Assembly (NCBI RefSeq): GCF_052425735.1
Contig: NC_135767.1
Location: 4,154,001 to 4,218,000 of the forward strand
Source: Oculina patagonica
Taxonomy: Eukaryota
Length of the DNA: 64,000 bases
Direction of reading: 5' to 3'
In this document: positions 26,957-39,800 of the stretch, piece after piece
Position numbering within the stretch: position 1 is the stretch's first letter
Layout: every line of letters starts with the position of its first letter
The notes under the pieces: model-generated
What the model was told of the DNA's origin: nothing
Database searches by the model: none
What the model saw: only the letters and a program-made list of their open reading frames with translations
Translations under genes and position numbers: made by a program

Positions 26957-27218
26957 TGGGGGGGGACAGGGGGGTCTGAACCTCCCGCCTCCCGTACCTT
27001 TTACTCCCGCTTCCCGTACCCTTTACTCCCGCCTCCTGCCCCTTTCCGTAGCTTTTCTCTCCTGTTTGTTCCATGTCTATTGCGAAATATAATGAAATGT
27101 TACGAAATTTCACTCGTTTTCTCCCGGTTCCCGCCACCTTAAGAATCCCGCTTCCCGGCCTCTCTCCTCCCGCTTCCCACCCCTTTTCTCCCGGGCTCCC
27201 GCCCCCTGCCCCCCTCCA
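26957..27218. mobile_element. hAT-like MITE with 8-bp TSD
   Basis: CTTAATGG duplicated at 26949-26956 and 27219-27226; G-rich and C-rich TIRs TGGGGGGGGACAGGGGG / CCCCCTGCCCCCCTCCA. Confidence 0.85.
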
Positions 27219-27278
27219 CTTAATGGTTAGTGGGCTGGACTCTGCATCAAATGCTTTTATGCCCCCTCCCCCCTGGTG

Positions 27279-27690
27279 CGGGGGGACACTCAGTATATTT
27301 TTGGGTAGGGGAGTACTTGTGTCGCTGGGACTCTAAAACACTTACCCTATTCCAGACCATCTTCAGCTGATTTTGTAACCCTATACTAGACTAGATCTAT
27401 AGACACCGAAAATACCTACCCTTTCCCAGACTTGTTTCTTTTTAGAACTGTATCATTATTAGTGTTTTTAGTAGAAAACCATTCGTTAACAACGTTGCCA
27501 CTAGGGAGGCCTCCTTCTCTTCCAATTTTTTTAATTCTTCATACCACTGATTAGTTACTAGGCAAATTATACCCTATTCTAGACCAAAGTCTCTGATTTC
27601 TATACCCTATTCCAGACTGAACTGCTTGAAAACCATACCCTTCACAGTGGCACATACTTATATAGCTCATATAAGAAAGTGTTCCCCCCC
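27279..27690. mobile_element. Non-autonomous element with GGGGGGACACT...AGTGTTCCCCCC ends
   Basis: Short inverted termini; internal repeats of taccctattccagac. Confidence 0.55.
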
Positions 27691-27706
27691 TCCACACACA
27701 CACTAG

Positions 27707-27940
27707 CTGGGGCCACTGTGTTGTGTTCTTGAGCACGATACTCAGCTCTCACAGTGCCTCTCTCAGGCATGGGGTTGATCATGAAATAGGTACTAGCAAA
27801 TTATGAATTGCTTGGGGTACCCTGTGTTGGACCAGCATATCCAATCCAGGGGGAGCAGAAGTACCCTTAGTTACTTTGTGCTATGGAAAGTCCAGGGATA
27901 AATGCTGCCTGATGGGCCACTAAAGCTTGGATGCAGATTT
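27707..27940 (+). mobile_element. 5'-truncated SINE, same family as 24440-24700
   Basis: Conserved body gggccactgtgttgtgttcttgagcacgatactc...cacagtgcctctctc. Confidence 0.6.
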
Positions 27941-27990
27941 AAGCTTAATCTTGTTTTTAAACGTCTGTACTGTGTACATGTACGTTGATA

Positions 27991-28471
27991 CAGTGAAACC
28001 TCGATTTAACGAAGTGCCAAGGGACTGGGAAAATTTGTTCGTTATATCGAGGGTTCGTTATATCGAAAACCTCGATATAACGAATTTGTGGAAAAACAAC
28101 CAAATGTTCGTTATATCGAGGTATAGTTACATGTAATAATTGTTTTCATGCAGTTATGTTGCACTAGCCAGCATTTACTGATCAGCACGACTTTCCAAAT
28201 AACATTTGTGTTTTTATATCTAATATCAACAAAAAAATTTTATCCTTGTTGGTCTGTTCTACATCCATCTTTTGTCACGTGTTTACTTTAATTCGTTATA
28301 TCCAGGTGCATTTCATGTTTGGGCTCCAAATTGTGTTCGTTATAACGAGGATTTCGTTATATCGAGGTTCTGTTCCATACAATGTACAGTAACTTTGGCC
28401 GGGCTGAAGAATATCGTTTGTTATACCGAGGACTTTGTTATATATAGGTTCGTTAAATCGAGGTTCCACTG
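27991..28471. mobile_element. Tc1/pogo (Tigger-like) MITE
   Basis: TA TSDs; 23-bp TIR CAGTG(A/G)AACCTCGATTTAACGAA; internal ttcgttatatcgagg repeats. Confidence 0.93.
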
Positions 28472-28719
28472 TATTAATTCATGATGCCATATTGTGTACA
28501 AGGAAATAGATTGAAACATCTTTAAACATACATGTACATTAAAACATGGCAATGCTGGTCATAACTGGTATGCATACTCTAGTAGCTCAGATGCAACATA
28601 TTAACCTGAAACAATCATAAAGACATGAAATTTTCAGGGAGGAGGGGAGCTAATAGGTGGTGAAGAGTGGTGGAGTACTTCATAGTAGTATTGCATCAAA
28701 GATTTGTAAAAACAAGTAC

Positions 28720-28991
28720 CTGCGAAGGTGCCTCAATGTCAGGACTCCATGTAATGTAATCAACACCATAGAGTCTGCTCAATTCTTTATCAGTCAGTTT
28801 CCCATCCTTTAGAAGCTTATAAGCAGGGAACTGAGGTTCAATATTGAAGTCTCCACAGAGAATATGAGCCACTTGTTCACCTTGTGACTCAAGTGATTTA
28901 ACCATGTTACCAAGTGCATTGGTGACCATTGTTATTTGGCAAACTTGCGAGACAGTCTTGAGCAGCTTTTCCCATTGTATATGTGTTGTAC
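28720..28991 (-). CDS. EEP phosphoesterase, coding exon 3
   Basis: ttttcaag acceptor (phase 1); GTTHIQW...ILCGDFNIEP...; gtactt donor. Confidence 0.92.
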
Positions 28992-29956
28992 CTTGAAAAA
29001 CACAGAAATAACAGGATTAAAAGTAGTTAGTTGCTGTTAGCACTAATATTGCCTTTAAAGTTTTTCCAAGGTTTTTTTTATCTTTTTATACATGCTATTG
29101 TAGTTTTATGCTTTTATTTTGAAAACATCTATGTGGTTCCCTCTCTAAAAATAATTTAAATTTACATGTACTATTATTTATCATAAGAAGGGTACATAGA
29201 AGAGGGAAAATTGATCATGAGTGATCATTTAATCTCTAATGTTAAGAGAATCATGGTCCTTAAATTGACACACATGAATGTTGCTTTCATGACATCTTGT
29301 GAGGGGATTCCTTCCATATGATAAGGAGACATTGAAAATGTGTCTCTGGCCGCACACCTTGAAAACACTTAATTTGCAACATCCTTTAAGAAAGGGTGGC
29401 CAAAATACCCCCCATAAGGAAACAGTGCACTGTGGTTCCAGATACTTAAACATAATTTCAACATCATGTAAGAGGACACTCCTCCCAGCACCCTAAGGTG
29501 GCACTGTCTCATGGTCTCACTCAAACACCACATTTAAAACCTTCCTTGCTCCTTCCTTCCTTGTATGTGAAGTGGAAGTTAAAACGCAGCCTCTACCCCT
29601 CCACAAACTTTTTATAACATCAGTTATGCTACATTAACATTATTTTTGTTTATGTAACATTACATAAACATGTATGTGGCTGTCATGTTTGTGGGCAAAA
29701 AAATCAATTCTTGCACGCATTGCATGCCTATGTTTATTATTTCCTGTACACACTTAATCAACACTACATCTCCACTTGAGTAAACTAAGGAGACAACTCA
29801 AGTTGGGGAAGTGGGGGGGGGGGGGGGGGGTTTTACTGTATTTAGGAAGTGTGGAGCAAAATCAGTAAGCAAACTATAGTTCTTGAGAAGATTCATACAT
29901 ATTTTTATCATGTCCATGTACACCACTGTACGGTAATTCTTTAAAACCATTCTTAC

Positions 29957-30263
29957 CAACTACTAGAAGGTTATTGCTAATCTTGTGCCTCAGTGCAGCC
30001 AGAAGTACAACCTGTTTATCCTTGGGAAGTACAGTCTGCTTAAAAGTGCATGCCACCAGATCATTCAAATGGACAGTTTTCGTTTCTTCAAGGTGAAACT
30101 TGGCCTGCTTGAAAAACACTGCCACACCCTCAGGGGTCCCCATACACTTCTGTGCAAAAAGCCCTTCATATCGTAGCTCCGACAGCTCCTCTTTTAGGAT
30201 CTCTGAGAAGTAGGGTGTGTCGACCTCTTGTAGACAGATGATATCACTGTCAAGCCACTGTAG
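29957..30263 (-). CDS. EEP phosphoesterase, coding exon 2
   Basis: ttttcag acceptor; LQWLDSDIICLQEVD...EGVAVFFKQAKF...; gtaaga donor (phase 1). Confidence 0.93.
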
Positions 30264-30925
30264 CTGAAAACACGAATGAATAAATGAAATAGTAAATAAA
30301 TAAATAATAATTAAGAAAAAGAAAACATTTTCATGTTTTTATCAAGTTATAGAAACAGAAGTTGAAGATTAGGAAATGAGCAATAATAATGCTTTTTTGA
30401 GTTCTCCTAATAAACTTTCACAAGTGTTTCTCAATCTGTAACTGGCTAGAAGCACAAAGGAAATACTTTCCATTTCTCAAAAAAAAACTGAGAGGAAAAG
30501 GAAATAAAATCACTTGTTTGCTCTCAGTGATTAACAAAATGTAGATTCTCCTTGCACAATTGTTATTTCAACAGCTTGTGCTAGTTCTTTGTTTCTATGA
30601 GTTATAGAAATGTGGCTACTACGGCTTTTAATCACTTCAAATTAAAACTGCATTCAGACTCAATGTGGCTACCTTGAAAAGACACTGTGTATTTGGCACA
30701 AGACATAACTTGTTGTACCATATACTAAACACACATAGTCCATTCTACCATATTTCAGGGTAAAATGCGTGGTTGTGTACAGAAAGGGTGCAGCGAAATT
30801 GGGTTGTTTGTACTCATGCATCATTGGTTTAGTAATGACCGATGAAGTGTGCTCAAATGTTTGCACAGGACTTGTAAACAAATGTGTTCTCACTGGTGCC
30901 TGCCCTGTTTAAGGAATAAACTTTT

Positions 30926-31053
30926 CAGCGCTGGATCCAGATCTGATCAAATAAAGGGGGTGGGAGAAGAGTGCAAGTAAAGATAAAACTCTTTTTGGAG
31001 GGGGTGGGGAAGGGGCAACTTGGGGTAGTGGGGGAGGGCTGGATCCATCACTG
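30926..31053. mobile_element. Small MITE next to the exon-1 splice donor
   Basis: TIRs CAGCGCTGGATCCAG / CTGGATCCATCACTG; no clear TSD. Confidence 0.55.
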
Positions 31054-31062
31054 TTTGTGTAC

Positions 31063-31284
31063 CTCTGCCATGAAAAGTTTATGCCGATGTGAGCTTTTCC
31101 CTTGCGCTCTGAGCAAGTAGGCATTTGGGCAATAGCTGTAGCAGTCTCTTTTCATTTGGGTCTGCTGTATACAGTAGTCAGCGAGGATGTTATAGGTGAC
31201 AACGGAAAATTCGTGTTGTCCTGTCTTCGCTTCTACAACCCGCTTCAAAGCTCTCCTGGCAAAAGGGGCTTCTGACTGATTCAT
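31063..31284 (-). CDS. EEP phosphoesterase, coding exon 1 (the five exons total 1143 nt = 380 aa plus stop)
   Basis: gctgccATG start; FSVVTYNILAD motif; gtacac donor (phase 0). Upstream tttcag acceptor at 31332 and a likely 5'UTR exon donor GAG|GTAAGA at 32727/32726. Confidence 0.9.
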
Positions 31285-31477
31285 GGCAGCTTTGAAAGTT
31301 TATGAGTTGTAGAGTAGAATGGATTGTCAAACTGAAACAAAGTACCAAGTTGAGTACCAAGCAGAGCCAAAACATTAATTCTCCTTACTTATCGTCACAC
31401 TTTCTTTCAATGAGTTAGTTTTGAGAATTTGGTAGAACATCAGGTTGACAAGTTTCTTTACTTGTCAAATATCTGTC

Positions 31478-31914
31478 TACCCTGGGTGCCAGAGGTTTTT
31501 CTTGCGCGGTTTCCAGTGTCGGTCATGTCTCTATTGTGACCCGTGCGAAAAACCTCTGGAACAGAGCGCTATTCCTTTGATACCGCCGAGGCAATGAAAA
31601 GCCTGTTTATGTCAGTTTAGTCCAGAATCTGGACTAGAAAGCTGATTGGCTTCTTATGGCCTCCCATGGGTCTTCTAATCTAACCAACGCTGTGATTGGT
31701 GAATAAATATAGCGAACTCTGCGTAGAAGATGCCTGTGAAATGAAATGTTTTGTAGTGAAGTGCCGCCGAAATGGGGTATTCCAAGGATTTGGAGATTGA
31801 TGGAGGTTCGCAAACGTTCCACAATGTTTTTTCTCGCGCCACTCGTGGTGACGGCCTTTGGCCGCCAAAGAGTAACCCACCACACGCGAGAAAAATCCTC
31901 TGGTACCCAGGGTA
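31478..31914. mobile_element. MITE with 9-bp TSD
   Basis: ATATCTGTC duplicated at 31469-31477 and 31915-31923; TIR TACCCTGGGT(G/A)CCAGAGG. Confidence 0.92.
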
Positions 31915-33133
31915 ATATCTGTCTGACAAAGTGTAGATTCCATAAATTATCCATACTTCCCCCACCGAAGGTATTTTTCCTAAGACCCCCCCCCCGCAAC
32001 CCCTCTGGCAATTCCTATTAAGCTTATACATTTCCTTAAAGTTTTTGGCCTTTGAGACCCTCCCACCCCCATGGACATTTGCTGGAACCACACAATTGTA
32101 TTTAATTTCATGCTATAAGGAGACAAAAGCTCTGCTTGCGGGGTCGCTTACTTCATGCTGTTATTGCATGTCAAGGTCTCAATCAATCTGCATAAATGAT
32201 TTTTCAGGAAATATCCATGCTCACCCTTAGAGTCACTGAAAGTTGCAAATGTGAGGGAAGTATAAAAACGTCATAGTGTTTTTAAAGGGAAGTATGAAGC
32301 TTACCTAGAATTTCAGAGGAGTTGATAAAAAAAAACCTTCCGTAGGAGGGGTACATGTGCAGTTTTCGGGAACCACACAGTTAACAAACTTATGTCATAT
32401 TGGTCTGTCAATTCACAAAATATCAAAAGCAAAAGCACGTAATCACGTGATGACATAGTAGCCGTTGTAATCTTGTACAAATCACGCCACTCGTGGGAAA
32501 TGACCTTTGTACAGAGGTGCCGTTGTTCATGCTACTGGGTGCTTTTTTTTACCGACAAGCGCATAAAGTTATGACAAGAAAAATCGCAAAATGATAACCT
32601 GCTAGCTCGTTTCCAGAAAAATTTGTGTTAGCTTTCGTTACGTGGAGGGCGATTTAGTAATATGTGTATAGCGTGTTTGCTGTTTACACGATTTAATGAT
32701 ATCAATAATAATATCAAAGATCTTACCTCAATCAAAAGTGTTACTCAGTTGTTAAAATCGCACACTTCTTCCTGAGCACCAGTGAATGAACAGGCTGTAC
32801 ATGTACGAATAGTGAAATTACCTATCTTTGAAAGCGACCGGTTAGTGCAAATCGTACACCGGTATATTTATTGCGAGTCTCAAAATCCTGTCAAACAGGT
32901 TTTGATTGCGTGACACACAATCCCAAGGGCAAGGTTAGCTAAGGTAAATAACGTGACGAGGACTTTGCTGGGTTATTCTAATGTTTTGAGGTCCAAAAAC
33001 CTATATATAATATGGCGTGGCTTATTAAACAAAATTCCGGTTAGAAGAAAGGCAGCCTTCTACATTTGCTACACAAAACTATATTGATGACAAACGACTG
33101 ACGAGTCTGAATTTTCCCTTTCAGTCACACATA

Positions 33134-33595
33134 CCGTAATGATTCGATTTAGCGCCCGGGGCGCTTATTTACTTTTGGCACCTCAAGGGAGGGCGCTTAT
33201 TCGAGACAGGGCGCTTATTCGGGACAGGGCGCTTATTTAATTTTTTGAGAAACAACCAAATGTATCTAACAATAACAGAAACTGTAACAGTCAGAAATTG
33301 TTAAAAGTTCAGTAACTTTTAAAATAATTGTTCATTTTAGCAGTAAATATATACATGAACTGTACGGTGAACGGTCAGGAGTTTATCTAGTTGACGTCAA
33401 TGACTTCAGAAGGGGCAGTTATCCACAATAGGGGCACCTATTAGAATAGGGGTGCTTATAAGAATGGGGGCGCTAATTAGAATGGGGGCGCTTATTGGAA
33501 TAGGGGCGCTTATTTACAAAAACACATTCGAAGGGGGGCGCTTATTCGGAAGGGGGCGCTTATTGGAAGGAGGGCGCTAAATCGAATCATTACGG
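33134..33595. mobile_element. pogo/Tigger-type MITE
   Basis: TA TSDs; perfect 24-bp TIR CCGTAATGATTCGATTTAGCGCCC; about 11 internal ggggcgcttatt subterminal repeats. Confidence 0.93.
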
Positions 33596-33714
33596 TAGCT
33601 GTTCCGTTTGTGTTTACTTTTTGAAGACGATCAATTTTTCTCGTATTCTAGTCAGAAACTTAAAAGACAATTTTTCATCTCAAAGTATGTTGGTTTGATT
33701 GCCTATAAACAAAG

Positions 33715-33871
33715 TACATACATTTTCAAAAGTATGACCGTTTCAAATTTTAGATAACTAAATATAATAATATATAAATAGTTGTCTATTTATAACAGTA
33801 GATACATAACAATATACAGTATAAATAGTTGTCTAAAATTTGTAACGGTCACACTTTTGAAAATGTATGTA
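33715..33871. mobile_element. Short palindromic MITE
   Basis: tacatacattttcaaaagtatgaccgtttcaaattttag is inverted as ctaaaatttgtaacggtcacacttttgaaaatgtatgta. Confidence 0.8.
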
Positions 33872-36800
33872 GCTTAGCATACGAAACGTCAAGTTAGTAA
33901 AATGCGAATTTTCATGATGTTTATTACCGCTGTTTGTTTCATATTTTTAATCGGGTTTGTTCAATCTGATTGGGAAAAAATAGAATCTCGCTACTTTCTG
34001 TGGAATCTCCATATTATTTTTCATGAGTCTCCAGATTTTCCTTTATCAGATGTTGGCAAGTGTGAAAATCCGTAAGTAATTTTTCCAAGGGAAATTTTTT
34101 ATGGTGGGCTCTTTTGATTGGTCAGACTTTTAAATCAGAGTAGAGAAGCAAACAAGTACGACATTCGCGACTTTATCTGCTATGTTTGTCGAATTGTCGG
34201 AAATTTATAGTAGTTCGGCATGTGGGGGAAGAAGACATTTGATTCGTTTGGACCTGCAGTGAGCATTAGGCTGAATCTACGTGATTGCATTTTCACAAAA
34301 AGGCCCAAAATGTACCTTTGAAGTTTCAAACCTGCCGTTTTTGGGGGATCTGGAGAGAAGATAAGGCTTACTCTACGTGGCGTTCGGCATGCATGTGGGC
34401 GGAGAGATGTAATTCGTTTGGACCTGGAGTGAACATAACGCTGAATCCACGTGGTGTCGTTCTTCCATAAAGACCCAAACTGTACATTTTCAAGTCTCAA
34501 ACTGGCCGGTTTTCCTGTATCTGGAGCGAAAATAAGCTTTAATCTTCCTTGTGGTATTTCAACACAAGGGTCGATAATCGTCATTTTCAGTGGCTCCTGT
34601 AGCACTCTCTATACGATTCCTATAGAACTGGAGTGAAAATTAGGTTGTCCCCACGTGATGGCATTTTTCCAAAAAGACACAAACTGTACATTGCAAGTGT
34701 CAAAGTGGCCGGTTTTGCTGGATCTGGAGTGAAAATAAGCTTAAATCTACGTGGTGGTATTTCAACACAAGGGCCCAAAATCGTCATTTTCAGTGGCTCG
34801 TGTATTACTTCTTTATTCGATTGTTTTAGACCTAGAGTGAAAAGTAGGATGAATTCACGTGATGGCGTTTTTCCAAAAAGACCCAAGCTGTACATTTTAA
34901 GTCTGAACTGGCCGGTTTGGTGGATATGGAGTGAAAATAAGTTTTAATATACGTGGTAATATTTCAACACAAGGGCACAAATGTCATTTTCAGTGGCTCA
35001 TGAGCCTTTTCCTTTTTGATCTTTTTGAGCTGAAGTGAAAATTAGGATGAATTCACGTGATGGCATTTTTCCACAAAGACCCAGGCTGTACATTTGAAGT
35101 CTCAAACTGGCCGGTTTTGCTGGAACTGGAGTGAAAATAAGCTTTTTCTCTTTGTGGTGTTAGGTCAACACAAGGACGCAAAATCGTAATTTTGAGTGTC
35201 TCGTGTACACTTTCTTATTCGATATTTTTGGACGTGGAGCGTAAATAAGGATTAATCGACGTGATGGCATTTTTCCAAAAAGAACCAAAGTGTAAATTTC
35301 AAGTCTGAAACTGGCCGGTTTTGCTGGATCTGGAGTGAAAATAAAGTTCAATATACGTGGTAGTATTTCAACACAAGGCCCCAACATCGTCATTTTCAGT
35401 GGCTCATGTAGCATTTTCGTATTCGCATTATTTTGGACCTGGAGTGAAAATTAGGATGAATCCACGTGATGGAATTTTTCCAAAAGACTCAAACTGTACA
35501 TTTCAAGTCTCAAACTGGCCGATTTGGTGCATCTGGAGTGAAAATAAACTTTAAACTTTGTGGTGGTATTTGAACACAAGGGCGCAAAATCGTCATTTTC
35601 AGTGGCTCGTGTATCACTTTCTTATTTGATTCTTTTGGACCTGTAGTGGAAATAAGGATGAATTGACGTGATGGCATTTTTCCAAAAAGACCCAAACTGT
35701 ACATTTTAAGTCTCACATTGGCCGGTTTTGTTGGATCGGGAGAGAAAATCAGTTTCAATCTACGTGGTGGTATTTCAACAAAAGGGCGCAAATCGTCATT
35801 TTCAGTGGCTCATGTAGTACTTTGTTATTCGATTATTTTGCACCTGTAGTGAAAAAAGGACGAATCATCGTGATGGTATTTTTCCACAAAGACCCAAACT
35901 TTACATTTCAAGTCTCAAACTGGCCGGTTTTGCTGGATCTGGATTGAAAATAAACTTTAATCTTCCTTATGGTACTTCAAAACAAGGGCCCAAAATCGTC
36001 ATTTTCAGTGGGTCATGTAGCCGTTTCTTATTTGATTCCTTTGGACCTTGAGTGAAAAAAATAGGATGAATCCACGTGATGGTATTTTTCCAAGAAAGAC
36101 CCAAAATGTACACTGCAAGTCTCCAACTGGCCGGTTGTGCTGGATCTGGAGTGAAAATAAACTTTAATCTTTGTGGTGGTATTTCAACAAAAGGGCACAA
36201 ATCGACATTTTCAGTGGCTCATGTAGAACTTACTTATTCGATTTTTTTGCACCTGGGGTGAAAATTAGGTTGAATCCATGTGCTGGCATTTTTCCAAAAA
36301 GACCCAAACTGTACATTTCAACTGTTTTAAGTCTCAAACTGGCCGGTTTTGCTGGATACAGATTGACAATAAGCTTATCTTCCTTATGGTACTTCAAAAA
36401 AGGGCCCAAAATCGTCATTTTCAGTGGCGTATGTAGCACTTCTTTATTTGATTGTCTTGGACGTGGAGCGACAATTAGGATGAATCCACGTGATGGTGTT
36501 TTTCCAAAAAAGACCCAAACTGTACATTGCAAGTCTCAAACTGGCCGGTTTTGTGTGAATCTGGAGTGAAAAGAAACTTTAATCGTCGTGGTGGTATTTG
36601 AACAGTAGGGCCCAAAATCGCCATTTTCAGTGGCTCATGTAGTACTTTCTTACTCAATTATTTTGCACCTTGGGTAAAAATTAGGATGAATCCAAGTGAT
36701 GGCATTTTTCCAAAACGACCCAAGCTGTACATTTCAAGTCTCTAACTGGCCGGCTTAGCTGGATCTGGAGTGAAAATACTCTTTTATCTACGTGGTGTTA

Positions 36801-39800
36801 TTTCAACCTGACAAGGGAACCTCATCATCATTTTTAGTGGCCCATGTAGCTCTTTCTTATTCGATTGTATTGCACCGGGAGTGAAAATTAAGATAAATGC
36901 ACGTGATGGCATTTTTCCAAAATATCCAAACTGTACGTTTGAAGTCTCAAACAGGCCGGTTTTGCTGGATTTGGAGTGAAAATACGTTTTTATCTACGTG
37001 GTAGTATTTCAACAGAATGTCCCAGAATCGTCATTTTCAATGGCCCAAGTATCACTTTCTTATTTGATTCTGTTGGACCTGAAGTGAAAATAAGGATGAA
37101 TCAACGTGATGGCATTTTTCCAAAAAGAATCAAACTGTACATTGCAATTCTCCAACTGGCCGGTTTTGCTGGATCTGGAGTGAAAATAAGCTTTACTCTT
37201 CTTGGTGGTATCTGAACACAAGGGCCCAACATCGTCATTTTCAGTGGCTCATGTATCACTTTTTTATCCGATTCTTTTAGACCTGTAGTGAAAATAAGGA
37301 TGAATCGACGTGATGGCATTTTTCCAAAAAGACCAGAACTGTACATTGCAAGTCTCCAACTGGCCGGTTTTCCTGGATCTGGAGTGAAAAGAAACTTTAA
37401 TCTTCGTGGTGGTATTTGAACTCAATGGCCCAAAATCGTCATTTTCAGTGGCTCATGTATTACCTTCCTATCTGATTGTTTTGGTCCTGTAGTGAAAATA
37501 AGTATGAATCCACGTGATGGTATTTTACCAAAACGACCCAAACTTTACATTTCAAGTCTCAAACTGGTCGGTTTTGCTGGATCTGGAGTGAAAATAATCT
37601 TTTATCTACGTGGTGTTATTTCAACCTGACAGGGGCTCCTAATCATCATTTTTAGTGGCTCATGTAGCACTTTCGTATTCGATTGTTTTGCACCGGGAGT
37701 GAAAATTAGGATGAATGCATGTGATGGAATTTTTCCAAAATATCCAAACTGTACGTTTGAAGTCTCAAACTGGCCGGTTTTGCTGGATCTGGAGTAAAAA
37801 TACGTTTTTATCTACGTGGTAATATTTCAACAGAATGTCCCAGAATCGTCATTTTCAATGGCCCAAGTATCACTTTCTTATTTGATTCTGTTGGACCTGA
37901 AGTGAAAATAAGGATGAATCAACGTGATGGCATTTTCCCAAAAAGAATCAAACTGTACATTGCAATTCTCCAATTGGCCGGTTTGCTGGATCTGGAGTGA
38001 AAATAAGCTTTAATCTTCCTTATAGTACTTCAAAACAAGGGCCCAAAATCGTCATTTTCAGTGGCTCATGTAGCAGTTTCTAATTCGATTCTGTTGGACC
38101 TTGAGTGAAAAATTAGGATGAATCCACGTGATGTTTTTTTCCAAAAAAGACGCAAAATGTACATTGCAAGTCTCCAACTGGCCGGTTTTGCTGGATCTGC
38201 AGTGAAAATAAGCTTTAATCTACGTGGTGGTAATTCAACACAAGGGCAAATAATCGTCATTTTCAGTGGCCTATGTAGCATTTCCTTATTCGATTGTCTT
38301 GGACGTGGAGTGACAATTACGATGAATCCACGTGATGGTGTTTTTCCAAAAAAGAACCAAACTGTACATTTCAAGTCTCAAACTGGCCGGTTTTGTCTGG
38401 GTATGGAGCGAAAATAAACTTTAATCTACGTTGTGGTATTTCAACCAAAGGGCACAAAATCGTCATTTTCAGTGGCTCATGTAGTACTTTCTTATTCGAT
38501 CATTTTTCACCTTGGGTGAAAATTAGGATGAATCCAGGTGATGGTATTTTTCCAAAAAGACCCAAACTGTACATTTCAAGTCTCAAACTGGCCGGTTTTG
38601 CTGGATCTGGAGTGAAAATACGTTATTATCTACGTGGTAGTATTTCAACAGAATGTCCCAGAATCGTCATTTTCAATGGCCCATGTATCACTTTCTTATT
38701 TGATTCCGTTGGACCTAAAGTGAAAATAAGGATGAATCAACGTGATGGCATTTTCCCAAAAAGAATCAAACTGTACATTTTGATACATTGCAATTCTTCA
38801 ATTGGCCGGTTTTGCTGGATCTGGAGTGAAAATAAACTTTAATCTTCGTGGTGGTATTTGAACTCAAGGGCCCAAAATCGTCATTTTCAGTGGCTCATGT
38901 ATCACTTTCTTATCTGATTGTTTTGGACCTGTAGTGAAAATAAGTGTGAATCCACGTGATGTCATTTTACCAAAAAGACCCAAACTTTACATTTTAAGTC
39001 TCACATTGGCCGGTTTTGCTGGATCTGGAGTGAAAATAAGCTTCAATCTACGTGGTGGTATTTCAACAAAAGGGCGCAAATCGTCATTTTCAGTGGCTCA
39101 TTTAGTACTTTCTTATTCGATTATTTTGCACCTGGTTTCAAAATTAGGATGAATCCACGTAATGGCATTTTTGCAAGAAGACCCAAACTGTACATTTGAA
39201 GTCTCAAACTGGCCGGTTTTGCTGGATCTGGATTGAAAATAAGCTTTAATCTTCCTTATGGTACTTCAAAACAAGGGCCCAAAATCGTCATTTTCAGTGG
39301 CTCATGTAGCAGTTTCTAATTCGATTCTGTTGGACCTTGAGTGAAAAATTAGGATGAATCCACGTGATGGTATTTTTCCAAAAAAAGACCCAAAATGTAC
39401 ATTGCAAGTCTCCAACAGGCCGGTTTTGCTGGATCTTGAGTGAAAATAAGCTTTAATCTACGTGGTGGTAAATCAACACAAGGGCAAATAATCGTCACTT
39501 TCAGTGGCCTATGTAGCATTTCCTTATTCGATTGTCTTGGAAGTGAAGTGACAATTAGGATGAATGCACGTGATGGCGTTTTTCCAAAAAGAACCAAACT
39601 GTACATTACAAGTCTCAAACTGGCCGGTTTTGTCTGGATATGGAGCGAAAATAAACTTTAATCTACGTTGTGGTATTTCAACCAAAGGGCACAAAATCGT
39701 CATTTTCAGTGGCTCATGTAGTACTTTCTTATTCGATTATTTTTCACCTTGGGTGAAAATTAGGATGAATCCACGTGATGGCATTTTTCCAAACAGACCC

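Noticed and set aside
31634-32091. Overlapping 87-138-aa ORFs
   Set aside because: They span a TSD-bounded MITE and adjacent repeat sequence; no recognisable domain.
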